From the human T2T-CHM13v2.0 reference genome, Homo sapiens, in NCBI RefSeq assembly GCF_009914755.1, contig NC_060945.1: a stretch of 64,000 bases of DNA. One strand, written 5' to 3'. Shown one piece after another: positions 38,550-57,436 of this stretch. Numbering within the stretch: position 1 is the stretch's first letter; each line of letters starts with the position of its first letter. The notes beneath the pieces were generated by a model. The model did not search any database. It saw nothing but the letters and a program-made list of their open reading frames with translations, and had not been told where the DNA came from. The position numbers and the translations under genes are program-made.

Positions 38550-41500
38550 CGAGGCCTAGTGCGAGCACAGGTCCCCCCAGACCCTTCCCAGTGCCCACCA
38601 ACCGGCGGCCTAGGCCAGGTAGAACTGGCAGCGCCTCCCCTGCTGCAACACCAGGCTCTGGTAGAAACTTCAGAAAACATGCACCGGCAAAACCAAGGAA
38701 GGGTGGCTGCGTCCCGGGTTCTTCCGCGCAGCTGTGTGTACACGCATGCACACACCCACACGCACACACCCACGTGCACACCCCCATGCACACGCACCCA
38801 CTTGCACGCCCATGCACGCACACACGCGCGTGCACCCATGCGCACGCACCCATGCACACACACGCGCGCACACACCCACGTGCGCACCCACATGTACACA
38901 CCCACGTGCACACACCCACGCGTACACACCCACGCGCACACACCACTGTCCCCAGCCGTGCAGAACGATCCTCCCTGAGTCCCCGGCTCCGACCCACACG
39001 CAGCACACGCTAAACGCTTCCCACGCAGTCGTTTTGCTGGGTTGCGCTTCACCCACTTCTCAGAGGGGGCGGCCGAGGCAGAGGTGTCGGGGATCGAGCA
39101 GCTCCGGGCCTCAGGGGTCGCCCCGCCACCGTTTTCCTTTCCCAGATGCTGGGACGGGGGCAGGGAGGGGCTCCCCAGGCTGAACCCGACTAGGTCACCC
39201 TAGAAGCGAGGCGAGCTTCTCTTCTGTTTTTCTTCGGCGCCCCTGAGCCCCTGACAGTGCCCAAGCTGCCCATGGGATTGGATTCGCCAGAGCCTCCTAC
39301 GCAGACCCCACCCAGGGCCAAAGCCAACCCCAAGCCCCACCACCTTGGTGGTGTGGGATGAAAAGTGAGCCATCGAGAGATGGGGTCCCCCCACCCCCAA
39401 CCCCTCCAAGGACAAAGGCGGGCTGGGAAGCACCCGCTTTCACGTCCGCCCCTGCCCGGCTTTCCTAGCGGAATTGGCGCCGGCATCAGTTGGGGGTTGT
39501 GGGATCAGTGAGGAATCCTGTGGGGTCGCCTCCATTTATCAGTTGTGTGGGGTTGGGCGAGCACCCCTAGCCCCAGCCCAGGCGATCAGGGCGCGAAGCC
39601 CACTGGACGCGGATTTGGGATTAGGACGGGGGTGACAGCCAGGAGGACCGCACCTGCCCTCCCCACTCCTGCCGCTCCACCCCTGCCCCCACCGCAACAC
39701 CAAGGTCTCCACCAGGAAGATGGGGGTGGGGAAAGGACGCGGGGTGGGGGGGGGGTGCGGGGAGAGAGGACACAGGGTCGGAAGGGTGAGGGGTAGTGGC
39801 AGAGGCGGAGGCCGAGGCCACGCAGCTGCGGGGCGCAGGGAGGGGCAGAGGAGGGGCGTTCAGATGGGAACCTAGTCCAGACCCGTCGGGGCCCTCGTGT
39901 GCGGCTCGTTATCCTGGAACCAGAGAGGCTGGAGACCCTTGGCTTGTCTGGAGCGGAACCGTAGTGTCCAATAGAGTGTGTGGGGCTCAGCCCTAAAGCT
40001 AAACATTCTTTATTTCCTGATGACCATGGGGGCGGAGGGGGGGAAAAGCCCTGGCCTTATAGTTTAGAATTTTATAAAAGGAAAGGCGTGGCCACTGACA
40101 ATTTGCGCTTCAGGAGTCCCAGAGTGACCGCCTGGCTCGGAGCAGGGAATGAGGGGGTCCTTAACTCTGAGATTTGTTTTCTGAGAGACAAAGGTGATGG
40201 GTGAGGCGGCTAAGCCTCTGATTCTCTATAGGTGGCGGTCATTCATTTCAGAACATGAATGGATTCAGTAAATAAACATGATAGAAAAATGCCACAAGCC
40301 CTAGGCCCATTGGAGTGGACTGGACAGTCTGTTCCCAGTGTGTCCCTCAGCCTCGGTCCCCCACCCTTCCCGGAGCCCTGGGGGTCACACACATCCCTCC
40401 TGGCTGCCTAGCCTGTGCCCCCCGATTCCCCCCCTCCCCGCCCCGCGCGTGCACACACACACACACACACACACACACACCACACAGCACGAGGCGACAG
40501 AGATATGAGAGAGAGCGAGCGAGAGAGGACGGGAGAGAGAGGGAGTGCAAGTGTGCGCTGGGGGTAACCCGTGCATGCATGCATTGGGGGTAACAGGCTG
40601 GAGCTCAGATCCCTCCCCCAGCCCCCAGCAGGGGGGACTGCAGGCTCCTGGTCTGAGTGGGGAGCTGGGCCCCCTGGACAGAGGACTGGGCTGCCGGGTC
40701 AGGAATGGGCACACTTCCTAACTGCAGGACACTCTAAGGGCTTTGGTCATGCACACACAGCCAAGAGAAGGTGTCGCTGGCACACAGCCTTCCAGGAGCG
40801 GACTTGGAGACCTCGCCAAGGACCAGGACTCCCCAGCACTCACACTCCCTTAGGCGCTGAAGTCCAGAGGACAGAGGTTGAGGGCAGAGCTCCTGGGAGC
40901 ACCAGTGGAAGTAGGAGGGCTGGGCTGGAAAACCTCCCCCAACCTCCTATTGCAAAGAGGCTCGAGCCAGCAGCCTCCACACCCCAGTGATCTTTTAAGA
41001 TGCAAATCTGCGCCATCATTTATTTCCTCAGTGCCTTCTCCAGCTCCTGGGATGCACCCTGCCCGTCCCCAGGCCCAGAGACCTGACCACCCTCATTCCT
41101 CCCTCAGCCCACCCTGGGGTCTCTCCACCAGCTGACAGCCTTCCTGCAGTCCCCTCCCCGAATGCTGCTCCCTGAGGCCCTCCTGGACACATGCAGGGCA
41201 GGCACAGCCCGCGGGACCTCACAGCACTTGCTCCGGGCAGAGCTGCAGTTTGGCCAAGTTGCCAGCTCCGTGTGGGCAGGGGCCCTGGCCTGTGGCTGCC
41301 ACATCCCGGGTGGGGGCACGGCCTTTCCTGGCGTGGATGCTGAGCAAACGTAGGGGGAAGGGGAGTGAATGAGGAGAGCCAGGTAGCTCAGGGGCTGAGG
41401 CCTCACTGAGCAGGGTCCCGCGTGACCGGTCCCCACCGCTGACGGTTCCTGGGGTAACACTCAGGACAGGGAGAGGCAATGGAAAGAGACGTGGCCGCCC

Positions 41501-42220
41501 TCGCATCCTGCAGCTCCCGCACTCCCAGCCTCCCAGCCTCCCACCCAGCCCCCCAGAGCCCACCAGTGACCCCGCCCACTGGGTCCTCAGATGGCTCCCA
41601 CGGGATCTCCTGCCTTGATCTCCTGTCCACATGGAGGTGAAGTGGGTTGCTCTGAATGAGGGGTGCCGAGCCTAGGGCGCAGCCCACTCTCCTGGGTCCG
41701 CAGCATCACGCAGCCCGGACCACAGGCTCCTTACAAGAATCGGAAGGGTCCCTGCAATCGCCCTTCGCACTGAGGCTTCCTACTGTGTGGTGTAAAAACA
41801 CAGGCTTGTCCTCCCTTGCTGCCCACGGGGCTGGAGCCGCCTGAAAATCCCAGCCCACAACTTCCCCAAAGCCTGGCAGTCACTTGAATAGCCAAATGAG
41901 TCCTAGAAAGCGAGAGACGAGAGGGGAATGAGCGCCGAAAATCAAAGCAGGTTCCCCTCCTGACAACTCCAGAGAAGGCGCATGGGCCCCGTGGCAGACC
42001 CGAACCCCCAGCCTCGCGACCGCCTGTGACCTGCGGGTCAACCACCCGCCGCGGCTCCACGCCGTGGGCACAGACTCAGGGAGCAGGATGAGAAAGCTGA
42101 GACGGCGCAGCCACGGCCCGGTGCCTTCACGCGCACAGCGACACAGCCCCAGCCAGCGGGGCCCACGCTAAGGCGGAATCCCACAGAAGCCTACAGAGCG
42201 AGCGCGCGCCTGTGCTTCCC
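38550..42220. promoter_or_regulatory. CpG-rich region(s) in TSPEAR intron 1
   Basis: High GC and CpG density at about 38.55-40.0 kb and 41.9-42.2 kb. G-runs at 39721-39860. (CA)n at 40452-40480. Confidence 0.7.
38737..38945. repeat. Degenerate (CA/CG)n alternating purine-pyrimidine repeat
   Basis: cacgcacacacccacgtgcaca... over about 200 bp. Confidence 0.9.
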
Positions 42221-43657
42221 AAAACGGAATGGAACCAAGGTGACTTCTACAGAACGATCTGAAGCCCTGGCTGGCCCTTATGCTAGTCTCTTGGGAGCGT
42301 TCCAAATGCAGCTCAATATTACTTACTTGACTTTTATCTTTCCTCCCTGGTTCGTGGTATTTATAACTGGGTCATCTTTTAACTATTTGCAACGTAGCTT
42401 CAGGGGAGAGGGGGAGGGCTTTATAAATAACCTGTATTATTATTATGCAGGTTGATTCTGTTCCCTGAGCTAAAGGGAACATGAAAATACATGTCTGTGA
42501 CTCATGCCCCCCCACTCCCACTCCAGGGTGTGCTGAGGAGTCTCTCAGCTGCCCCGGGGTCCTCGAGCAGGGGAGGGAGAAAGGCTGGCGCTGCGCCCTC
42601 CATCGCGTGAAGCCAGGGGATTTTGCTCTGCGACAAGCTGACTTGGCTCTCGTATTGTTTGCAGAATCACCCAGTTCCAAGGCAGTCCCTGCGGGCAGGT
42701 GCAGCTGTGCGGGAGCTTCAGTCCTGTCCCCAACACCCAGGCAGTAATGGTTCCAGCACGGAAGGTCTACCTACCTCCCACTGCACAGCCCGAGGGCTGT
42801 CCTGGAGGCACAGCCATCCGTCCCTGGGTGGGCAGGCACGTTTGTGACCCCCACCCCCACCCCCACCCCCCACGCGAGTCAGCACGTTCCATACTCGGGT
42901 GATCGTGCTCATCCCCTGGTCATGTCATCGGGATCTGAGTGCCATCCGAGCAGAGAGCTGTGGCCCGGTGCCGGGGGTGGACTTCATCTATTCCAGGGAA
43001 CCAAGGATGCATGATTTGCAAACAAAACCAGAAGCGCAAGCCATCTCCTCGCCTCCCCTGATAGCCATGCTGCGGAGCCTGAGTGCTGGAGTCACTAATT
43101 TACTGTCCAGTAACCGAGTTTCTAGCGACCAGGTCTAGTTGTCGTGTTACTTTATTAAATTTTGGTTTGATAAGTAAAATCCCTCAGTAGAAACTCTAGA
43201 AAAGTATTAGCGTGTCATGGTCATGAGCAAGCCAAACAGCCTTTCTAAAAGGTGGGAAGGAGACCCCCAGGCTTCGCCAGGACCCCCCAGTGAGCCAGCC
43301 CAGGGCTCTCCACTCAGACCAGATTACGCCCCAAAGAACCGAGCCCTTCACTCCAGAGGTGGTTGTGTTTGGGGCTGTGTCTGTGTCTCCAGCTTTTTGC
43401 TCATGTGGGGAAGGAGCAGGGCCGGTGTGGCCCTTCGCTTTGCTGAGTGCAGGCTGGGGGCACCTCCACCAGCTAAGGAAATGGCTCGTGCACAGTAGCC
43501 TCCCGGGCTGCTGCGACTTCATTCTTCATTCCCAAAGCAGGTGTCAGCCTTTCCCGGGAGGCCCAGCAGGTAAGCACTTGTGGAGGCCCCGGTGGCTGCT
43601 GGTTAGCTCTTGAAGCTCGTCCCCACCCTGCGTGCGTTCTAAAGAGCCGCGTTTCTA

Positions 43658-44480
<823 letters not shown>

Positions 44481-44493
44481 CAGGTCCCCACAG

Positions 44494-44725
44494 TCTGCTG
44501 GAGGGTCCCAGAGGCAGGTCGGGGCTCTGCTAGGGGGTCCTAGAGGCAGGTCGGGGCTCTGCTGTGGTGGGGAGGGGGGGTCCCAGAGGTAGGTCCTGTG
44601 CTCTGCGGGGGGTGGGGGGTCCAGGCGGCAGGTCCTGGGCTCTGCCGGTGGGGGGTGGTCCTGGAGGCAGATCCCAGGCTCTGCTGGGGGTCTAGGCGGC
44701 AGGTCCCGGGCTCTGCTGGGTCCCC
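44494..44725. repeat. G-rich minisatellite (about 31-48-bp units, 6-7 copies)
   Basis: Repeats of ggggtcc..gaggcaggtc..ggctctgc. Confidence 0.85.
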
Positions 44726-46496
44726 CGGCGGCAGCGGCCGTCCATCCCCAGGAGGGGCTGGGCTCCCTCGGAGGGCTTTTTATCTGGTGCCCAGCCCTCC
44801 CGAGGGTGTGTGGGTTTGTCAACTGTTGGGTTTCAGGAATTTCCCTCTGGAGGGAAGTCGGTCCTTAAAGGGAACAGCTAATGAGAAGGAGTGGGTGAGT
44901 GTCCCTCAGGGAAGGGGCACGGCCATGGTCACTCATCCAGAGCCGAGGACCCTCGCATCTGACCTCTCGACACTGCAATGGGCATGCCACTCGAGGGGAG
45001 CAGCTATTAACTAGAAGTATTCTTTTTACAAAAGTGCCCTGCCCCCCTACCCTCTCCAAACAGCACTGAACGCAGCATTCTTGCAGAAATCTCCAACGCA
45101 ACTGGGTGCTGCGTTTCTGTGCCTGGTGTGGAGGCCCTGGCAAACTGGTCTGAGGCCGATGGCTTTCCCTGGTTCACAGGCCCACAAAGTGCACACACTC
45201 CTGCTAGTTTCAGAAGGAAGCCCCCACTCTGGGACCTCTGACACAATGAGTTTTCCAAGAGCATAGACCCTGTCATTAGGGCTTGTGGAGAGAGACAGAG
45301 ATGGAGGGAGGGAAGGAGAAAGGGGCCGAAGAGAGGGACAGAGACTGGGGAAAGACCTAGAGGGAGAGGGAGAAAGTGGGGAGGCACAGAGAGCTCCTGG
45401 GGCTCTGGAGGCTCTTCCCATAAACAGCCCCTGCGATGGGACAGGCTCATTCTGTCTCCCTCTTGCTTCCTCTTTTACCCGGCCCTGCCCCCAGGGATAT
45501 TAATTCATAGTTAATATTAATTCACAGATATTAATTCGTAGTCCTATTTATGAGGCTTGAGTTAACTGGCATCATATGAAGGGAGGTTGAAGGTCTCCCA
45601 TTGTATGTGACTCCTCTTCCAGCACCCAAGTGAGCCCTGGGGTGGGGTGTGCCTCCCTCACCCCCCAGGACCCCCTGCCAGCTCCGGTGGGCATGCAGTG
45701 CCAGGACAGAGGCTTCCTGAGTGGGCTCCCCACCCCACTGGGGCTCAGCAGCTGGAAACGCTCCACATAGCACCATTCCTGACAACCCTAACCTAATGAG
45801 GGACGACGTGGTTCCTCAGAGGAGCGAAAGGCCTGATCGTTGTGTAAATGGAATAAATGGAGTCTTCCTCTTTTGTGTCCCAATCCATGAGAACTTTGTC
45901 CTGGGCCAGGCCGCTCCCAGGCCAGCTGCGGGTCACAGTGGCCTCTGAGACCACGCCCCTGAGGGGATGGGGACTCCCCACAAATGATGGGCAGGTGGCA
46001 CTCCAGAGCTAATTTAAACAATCACAATTAAGCTGCCTTGAACCCTTCCGGCAAAATTTTTCTTATGTTACATTTGATGCAGTAGCACTAGTAATAGCCT
46101 CAAAGATAACTAAGGGTGAGCCAGTGGAAATCCTCCTCACATACGAAACTTCACAAAGATGTGCTGAGCGCAGGAGGAAAGCTCAGAGTTCCCTCCTCTA
46201 CAGCTCCCTGTGTGACCCTGGACAAGTCACTTACATTCTCCAAGGTTTAACTTCCACGTCTGTAAAATGTGCCTAGGAGGACATATGTGGTAGGACTGTC
46301 CTATAAATTAAGTGATAGCTATAACGTACCTAAATCAGCATTTCTGGAACCACGACCCAGGGAACACCAGCTCCAAAATGCTCGATGAGAAAAAGCAGGT
46401 GCATTTGCAGGTGGACTCCACAGCCCCTTCCTCAGGGACACAAGCTTGGCTCACCCACGCGGAGCTCTGAGACATCAGTGATCAGAAGCCTGCTTA

Positions 46497-46867
46497 GGCT
46501 GGGCGAGGTGGCACCCGCCTGAAATCCTAGCAGTTTGTGAGGCCGAACTGGGAAGATTGCTTGAACCGAGGAGTTCAAGACCAACAGTGACAACATAGTG
46601 AGCCTCCATGTCTACAAAAAATTCTAAAAATTGGCTGGACGTGATGGTGTGCACCTATAGTGCCAGCTACTCAGGAGGCTGAGATTGAAGGATCACTTGA
46701 GCCCAGGAGGTGGAGGTTGCCGTGAGCCATGATCATACCACTGCACTCCAGCCTGGGAGACAGAGGAAGACTGTCGAGAGAGAAAGAAAGAGGAAGGAAG
46801 GAAGGAAGGAAAGAAGCAAGGGAGGGGAGGAGGGAGGGAGGCAGGGGAGGGGAGGGGAGGGGAAGGA
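46497..46867 (+). mobile_element. AluJ with GA-rich tail
   Basis: Dimeric Alu followed by (GGAA/GGAG)n. Confidence 0.88.
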
Positions 46868-47246
46868 GTCCCCACCCAAATCTCATGTCAAATTGCAATT
46901 CCCACATGTTGAAGAAGGGGCCTGGTGGGAGGTGATTGGATCATGGGGGTGGTTTCCAATGCTTTAGCACCATCCGTCTTGTGCTGTCTCATGATGGAAT
47001 TCTCATGAGATCTGTTTCTTCAAAGGTATAGGGCATTCCCCTTTGCTCTCTCTCTCTCTCTCCTGCTCCACCTTGGTAAGATGTGCTGGCTTCCCCTTCA
47101 CCTTCCGCCATGATTGTAAGATTCCTGAGGTCTCCTAGCCATGTTTCCCGTTAAGCCTGTGGAACTGTGAGTCAATTAAACCTCTTTTCTTCGTAAATTA
47201 CCCAGTCTCAGGTAGTTCTTTATAGCGGTGTGAAAATAGACTAATC
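46868..47246 (+). mobile_element. MST LTR (5' end clipped)
   Basis: gtccccacccaaatctcatg...ccagtctcaggtagttctttatagc...gactaat. Confidence 0.85.
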
Positions 47247-47933
47247 AAGAAAGAAAGAGGAAAAGAAAAGAGAGAAATCCTCCACATCATGTGTATCAAA
47301 GTCTCATGGAGACGAATCCCCAGAACCCACTAAGAGAAATGCATGTGCAAAGAAGAAAGCATGTCCCTGCCATAACATCAGACATCAGAACTGAGCTTCA
47401 CTCCCGAGAAGCAGGTTGGGTAAGTGCTGCATTGTTAACAAGGGAATTCACGGGGCACCAGGCCCTCACAGCATAGGAAGGAACGGCAGCCCATCCCAGG
47501 TCTGCTAACTCTGCCTCCAAACGACAAAAGAGAAAATGTTCCAAGAACTTCCCCCAAACACATCCTGGTGCAGGCTGTCACTCAATTTGTCTGCTTCAAG
47601 GGAAATAGAGACGATCAATAGAAGAGGAGGAGGGCTCCATCTATCCTCTAAGGACACAGGTTGTTAATCAAGTCAGATCAGTAACAAACCCCAGGAGGTC
47701 ATCACGGGCTTCATCAAGCTGCAGAAGTAACCCTTAGTGTGTCATTGTTTGGCCAAAGGTGGCTGTGAAGTGTGTCCATGTCTTTAAATATTAAACATGC
47801 CCCAACCAGGGAACAATGCATTCTCCAAGAAAACAAGGAACAGAGCTCAAAGAGAAACTGAAAATGATAACTTTATGTTACAAAAATAACACTCTTACAT
47901 TCACTCCTCCAGTTTTGTGTTTTATTAAACTAA

Positions 47934-48200
<267 letters not shown>

Positions 48201-48389
48201 TAATAATTTAAAGACACAAAATTCTTCCAGGATACACCATCACTTGGTATATAATGACCACTGTTGTATGACATTTGAAAAGGTATCTAAAAAAAAGAGA
48301 AGGCACACACGTGGTGTTTGACAATGAGTTTAGATAGACTGGGGAGTACTTGGCAAGCCTGGACAATGAGCATTAGCCAACTCTCTGGG

Positions 48390-48768
48390 TGATATGGCCT
48401 GGCTCTGAGTCTCCACCCAAATCTCATGTTGAATTATAATTCCCAGTGTTAGAGGAGGGACCTGGTGGGAGGTGACTGAATCATGATGGTGGATTTCCCC
48501 CGTGCTTTTCCCGTGGTAGTGAGTGAGTTCTCAGGAGAGCTGATGGTTTAAAAGTGTGTGGTGCTTCCCTCCCTTGCTCTCTCTCTCCTGCTCCACCGTG
48601 GTAAGACGTGCTTGCTTCCCCTTCACCTTCCACCATGATTGTAAGTTTCCTGAGGCCTTCCATTCATGCTTCCTGTTAAGCCTGTGGAACTGTGAGTCAA
48701 ATAAACCTCTTCATAGATTACCCAGTCTCAGGTAGTTCTTTATAGCAGTGTGAGAATGAACTAATACA
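48390..48768 (+). mobile_element. MSTA-type solo LTR
   Basis: TGATATGG...CTAATACA with TSD CTGGG. Confidence 0.92.
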
Positions 48769-49168
48769 CTGGGGTTATATGCTGTTGGGCCAGGCCATCC
48801 AAGGCTGGGCTCCCCATCATTGAGCAGTTGGCTCCATCAGTCACTGAGTCAACTGACCAGGCACAAGTGAGGTCCATTGTCTCCAGAAAATGCAGGCTAG
48901 AATTCCAATTTGAAAGTCATTTAGATCTCATTAGTTATTTAATAAGAGAATAAGAGATTATTTTCTCACATAAAGAGTTCTCTTTTTTTTCAAACAAGAA
49001 ATACTGTAGGTCTTTTATATTACTAAGAACAACATAATTATTAATCTTGACCTCCAAGGAGAGGAAATTTTGGCTCTTAAAATCTAACACTAGAATCTGA
49101 CCCTTGACCCATTACATTAGGGTTCCCATTTATTTTTTTTTTCTTTTGAAGAGATCCTTAAATAGTAG

Positions 49169-52740
<3,572 letters not shown>

Positions 52741-53329
52741 GGTTGGCACATAACATTCCTCTTTATCCCTGAAGCTCTCCTGAGCAACTCTAGCTCTGCC
52801 TCGGCCCTCACTCCACCAACATTCACAGGGTTTGATGTCCCTGTCACTTGTCTCTGCTTTCACTCACCAGACACCACCATACAGATTTCCACCTGACAAA
52901 AAAAAGTACCACAAGAGCCTACAGGAGGGGTATGGCTTTGAGGAGTTGGTGAAAGAGTCACAAAATGGGAGACATTTGAACCAGTCCTGAAATAGAGATA
53001 CTTTGTAAATCTCCATGGTAAGGAGCCCAGGATTAACTAATTAATTTCATGTCAAATAGAACCTAATGCCCAGCTTATCTCCACCCTCTGCTTTTCCTCT
53101 TAATCACCTCTTTTCACTAGACTGAAAGGAGTGGTACTATAAAATAGCATTCATCATATTGAACCAAGTGAGTAAAGAAAAATATGCTGGACATAAACTG
53201 AGTCCCACACTCTCAGGAAAGCTACCCCCTTTTCCACGGGTCCAGGACTGCCTGCTCAGAGCCCATGAGAAGTATCCTCAGAGAAAGTGCCTTCATTTGG
53301 AAAATTAATGATGCTCTCACATTTGCTAG

Positions 53330-53695
53330 TGTGAGGGTTAATTTTATGTGTCAGCTTGGCTAGGCCATGGGACCCAGATATTTGGTCAAACATGCCTGGA
53401 TATTGTTGTGAAGGTATTTTTTAGATGAGATTAATATTTAAATCAGGAGACTTTGAGAAAAGCAGATTATCTCCATCATGTGGGTGGGCCTCTTCCAATC
53501 AACTGAAAGCCTTGTGAAAAAGATTGACCTCCCCATGAAGAAGAGGGAATTCTGCCAGAAGTTGGCCTTCAGATTCGAACTGCTGTACCAACTCTTGCCT
53601 GGATCTCCAGCTTGCTGAACTCACCTGCAGATTTTGGACTTGCCAGCCCCCACAATCACATAAGGCAATTCCTTAAAATAAATCACTCATATATG

Positions 53696-53700
<5 letters not shown>
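53330..53700 (+). mobile_element. MLT2 (D-like) LTR
   Basis: tgtgagggttaattttatgtgtcagcttggctaggccat... followed by (CA)n. Confidence 0.8.
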
Positions 53701-53734
<34 letters not shown>

Positions 53735-53775
53735 GGAAGTGGGTGATTTTCCAGAAAAATATGTCATAGATAGAT

Positions 53776-53812
<37 letters not shown>
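53699..53812. repeat. (CA)n and (GATA)n microsatellites
   Basis: CA run 53699-53732 and GATA run about 53767-53812. Confidence 0.95.
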
Positions 53813-54115
53813 GGCCGGGCGCAGTGGCTCATGCCTGTATTCTGAGCACTTTGGGAGGCCGAGGTGGGTGGATCACCTGAGGTCAGGAATTCGAGACCAG
53901 CCTGGCCAACATGGCGAAACCCCGTCTCTACTAAAATTACAAAAATTAGCCTGGCCTGGTGGCATGCACCTGTAGTCCCAGCTACTCAGGAGGCTGAGGC
54001 AGGAGAATAGCTTGAACCCAGGAGGCAGAGGTTACAGTGAGCTGAGATTGCACCACTGCACTCCAGCCTGGATGACAGAGTGAGACTCTGTCTCAAAAAT
54101 AAATAAATACATAAA
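53813..54115 (+). mobile_element. AluS (Sx-like)
   Basis: Full dimeric Alu. Confidence 0.94.
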
Positions 54116-54212
54116 AAGATAGATAGGGCAGTGCTTCTGAAATTATTTTCCAACATACACGCTAAGGTAGGGCGGGGAGAGTGGAGGAGGTGGAGGAAGA
54201 GGAGGGGGTTGA

Positions 54213-55038
<826 letters not shown>

Positions 55039-55639
55039 GGATCTGTTTTCAATGGACCCCCTTCCTTCAGTAGGTTGAGACATGAATTAGGCATTTATTT
55101 ACTGTTTTCCACAATATTCTGCTCTATAATAATATCCCATAAATTTCTATGAGACTCTTTAGTATGAACTCAGCCCAGACAAACCCTTTCCAAGGACTCA
55201 GTAAATTATGTCACACTTGCAACTTAAGGAGGGCCCTGGAGTTTCTCTTTGAAGATTCTGGGCTCTGCCACATTTGTCCACAGTCGGTCTGACGTCCATG
55301 TGTGGAAGGCAGGTGTGGAGTGGCTGAGGGGGCCACGCGCTCCAGGAAGACAGAAGGCAGCTACTGTTGGCGGGGGAGGGGTGGGTAAAGCCTTCCTGCA
55401 TCTCTACCTATGACATCTCCACAGGCAAAACTCCCCTGCCCCCAGCGCAGGTCATCATTTCTACAATCATTTACTGCTGGAGACAAAATCTCCAAAGGAC
55501 TGACTCAACAGTATGTTCTCTTGCAGAGAATCAAGGGAATAGGGGTAAGAAAGAACTATTTTCCTCCTTTTCCCTCAATCACTGACTTTTGGCTTATTTC
55601 AAATACCAACATCTGCATCGGTGCAAGCATTCGACCGAG

Positions 55640-56650
55640 TTTTCTTAGCTCGTTAGGGAAAGGAAGCCGACGTTCAGTTGGCGAGGCTTTCTGGTCTAAA
55701 GGCACAGGCAAGGGAGTGTTGGCCATTTGTCTCCTAGACGACCAGGCGGCCTCAGCCACGGTGGAGGCCACCGGCGCGCCTTCCCCTCGGGTTCACCAAG
55801 CCTGTCATTTTCAGCCTGCCCGAGGCAAAGCCCACCCTACCCAGCCAAGCATGTTCTTAAAATTCTTTACAGATTAACCCACGTGAATCTAAACCCGGTA
55901 GAGGCAAACGCTTTCCCTTCCACTGTGCGCTGCGTTGTAATTTACCCCAACGACCTGTTGAAAAGACCAAGGGAGCTTAGCAACCAGCCGTCCCCAGGGC
56001 CCCGGGGGGAAGCTGCAATTACCGGGTGCGAGGCCGGCGGGGCCGCAGCCCCCACTTCAAAGGCGCGGGAGGAGCCGAGGGAGGCGGAGCTGTAATTAGT
56101 GCGGGCCCCGCCGGGCGACCACGGGCCTGCTCACGCCTCGCGGCCTCCGAGGAGCAAGGAAAGGCCCGCGTGGGAGCGAAGAGCCAGGGAGGAACAAAGA
56201 CGCCTCCTGTTTGATGTGAATCACCCAGAACTAGGGAAGGGAGGCGGGCGCACCTCTCCCGCCCAGTCCCTGCAGAGTCAGGGCGCAGAAGGAAGCCTGG
56301 CTCAGGGGCGATGGCGTGGGACGGCGACCCCGCCCTGCCCGTGCTCCCCCAGCGCCTGAAGCAGGATGGAGATGCCCTGGTCTGCCCCCGGCCAGGCTCC
56401 CTGGACGCTTTGGGATCTGCGGACACAGGGCCTGGACTGGCCACATCCCTGCTCCCAGACAGAGCACAGACCCCGCTGGGGCCCGCCCTGGGTGTCCGCA
56501 TAGGGAGGGGGCTGGAGAGCAGGAGCCCCCCCGCGCCGCGCCTAAGGGGACCAGGAGCCATGGGGAGGATGCTGTGGGGAAGCTTCCAGAAGGACCCACC
56601 CAGGGAGACGGAAGGGTGGGATTCAAGGTGGCCGACCACCAGCCACCTGC
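55640..56650. promoter_or_regulatory. CpG island about 12 kb upstream of TSPEAR
   Basis: Dense CpG, GC boxes, no repeat origin evident. Confidence 0.75.
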
Positions 56651-56890
56651 CTGATGGCTTGTTGATCCCAGACTGCCTCCAAGTATTCTGGCCTCCATAT
56701 TGGTGTGCTACGCTTGTTATCTTAAGGTGTTTTTAAAACCCGGTTTTCTAAGGACACAGATGCAGGATGTGCCCTCCGGCAGCCAGGTGCTGACTGGGGC
56801 TCAGGGTCTGTGTGGGTGGGTGCGGCTGTGAGTGTGGACGGGCGTGTGTGTAGGAGTGACTTCCTAGAATGAATCCAAGAGGAGCCTCTT

Positions 56891-56974
56891 TGGGGAAGGT
56901 GGTGGGGCCAGGTGGGAAGGCTCTGGCTCTGTGGGGAAGGTGGTGGGGCCAGGTGAGAAGGCTCTGGCTCTGTG
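56891..56974. repeat. 41-bp tandem duplication
   Basis: tggggaaggtggtggggccaggtg(g/a)gaaggctctggctctg starts at 56891 and 56932. Confidence 0.9.
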
Positions 56975-57116
56975 CACATTTCTGTAATATCTAAATATTC
57001 CAGGTTTCAATCATGAATTACTTCTTTTCTAGAAGGACCAAAAGGGATCATTTGCGATTATGAGCTATTTTTCTTCTTATGATTTTCTAGTACATTTTTA
57101 AAAATCTGATAAAGTG

Positions 57117-57416
<300 letters not shown>

Positions 57417-57436
57417 GTCTTAAACTAGGACTATGC

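Noticed and set aside
38483-39183. Cys/Val- and His/Thr-rich ORFs resembling KAP or metal-binding proteins
   Set aside because: They are translations of the (CA/CG)n simple repeat.
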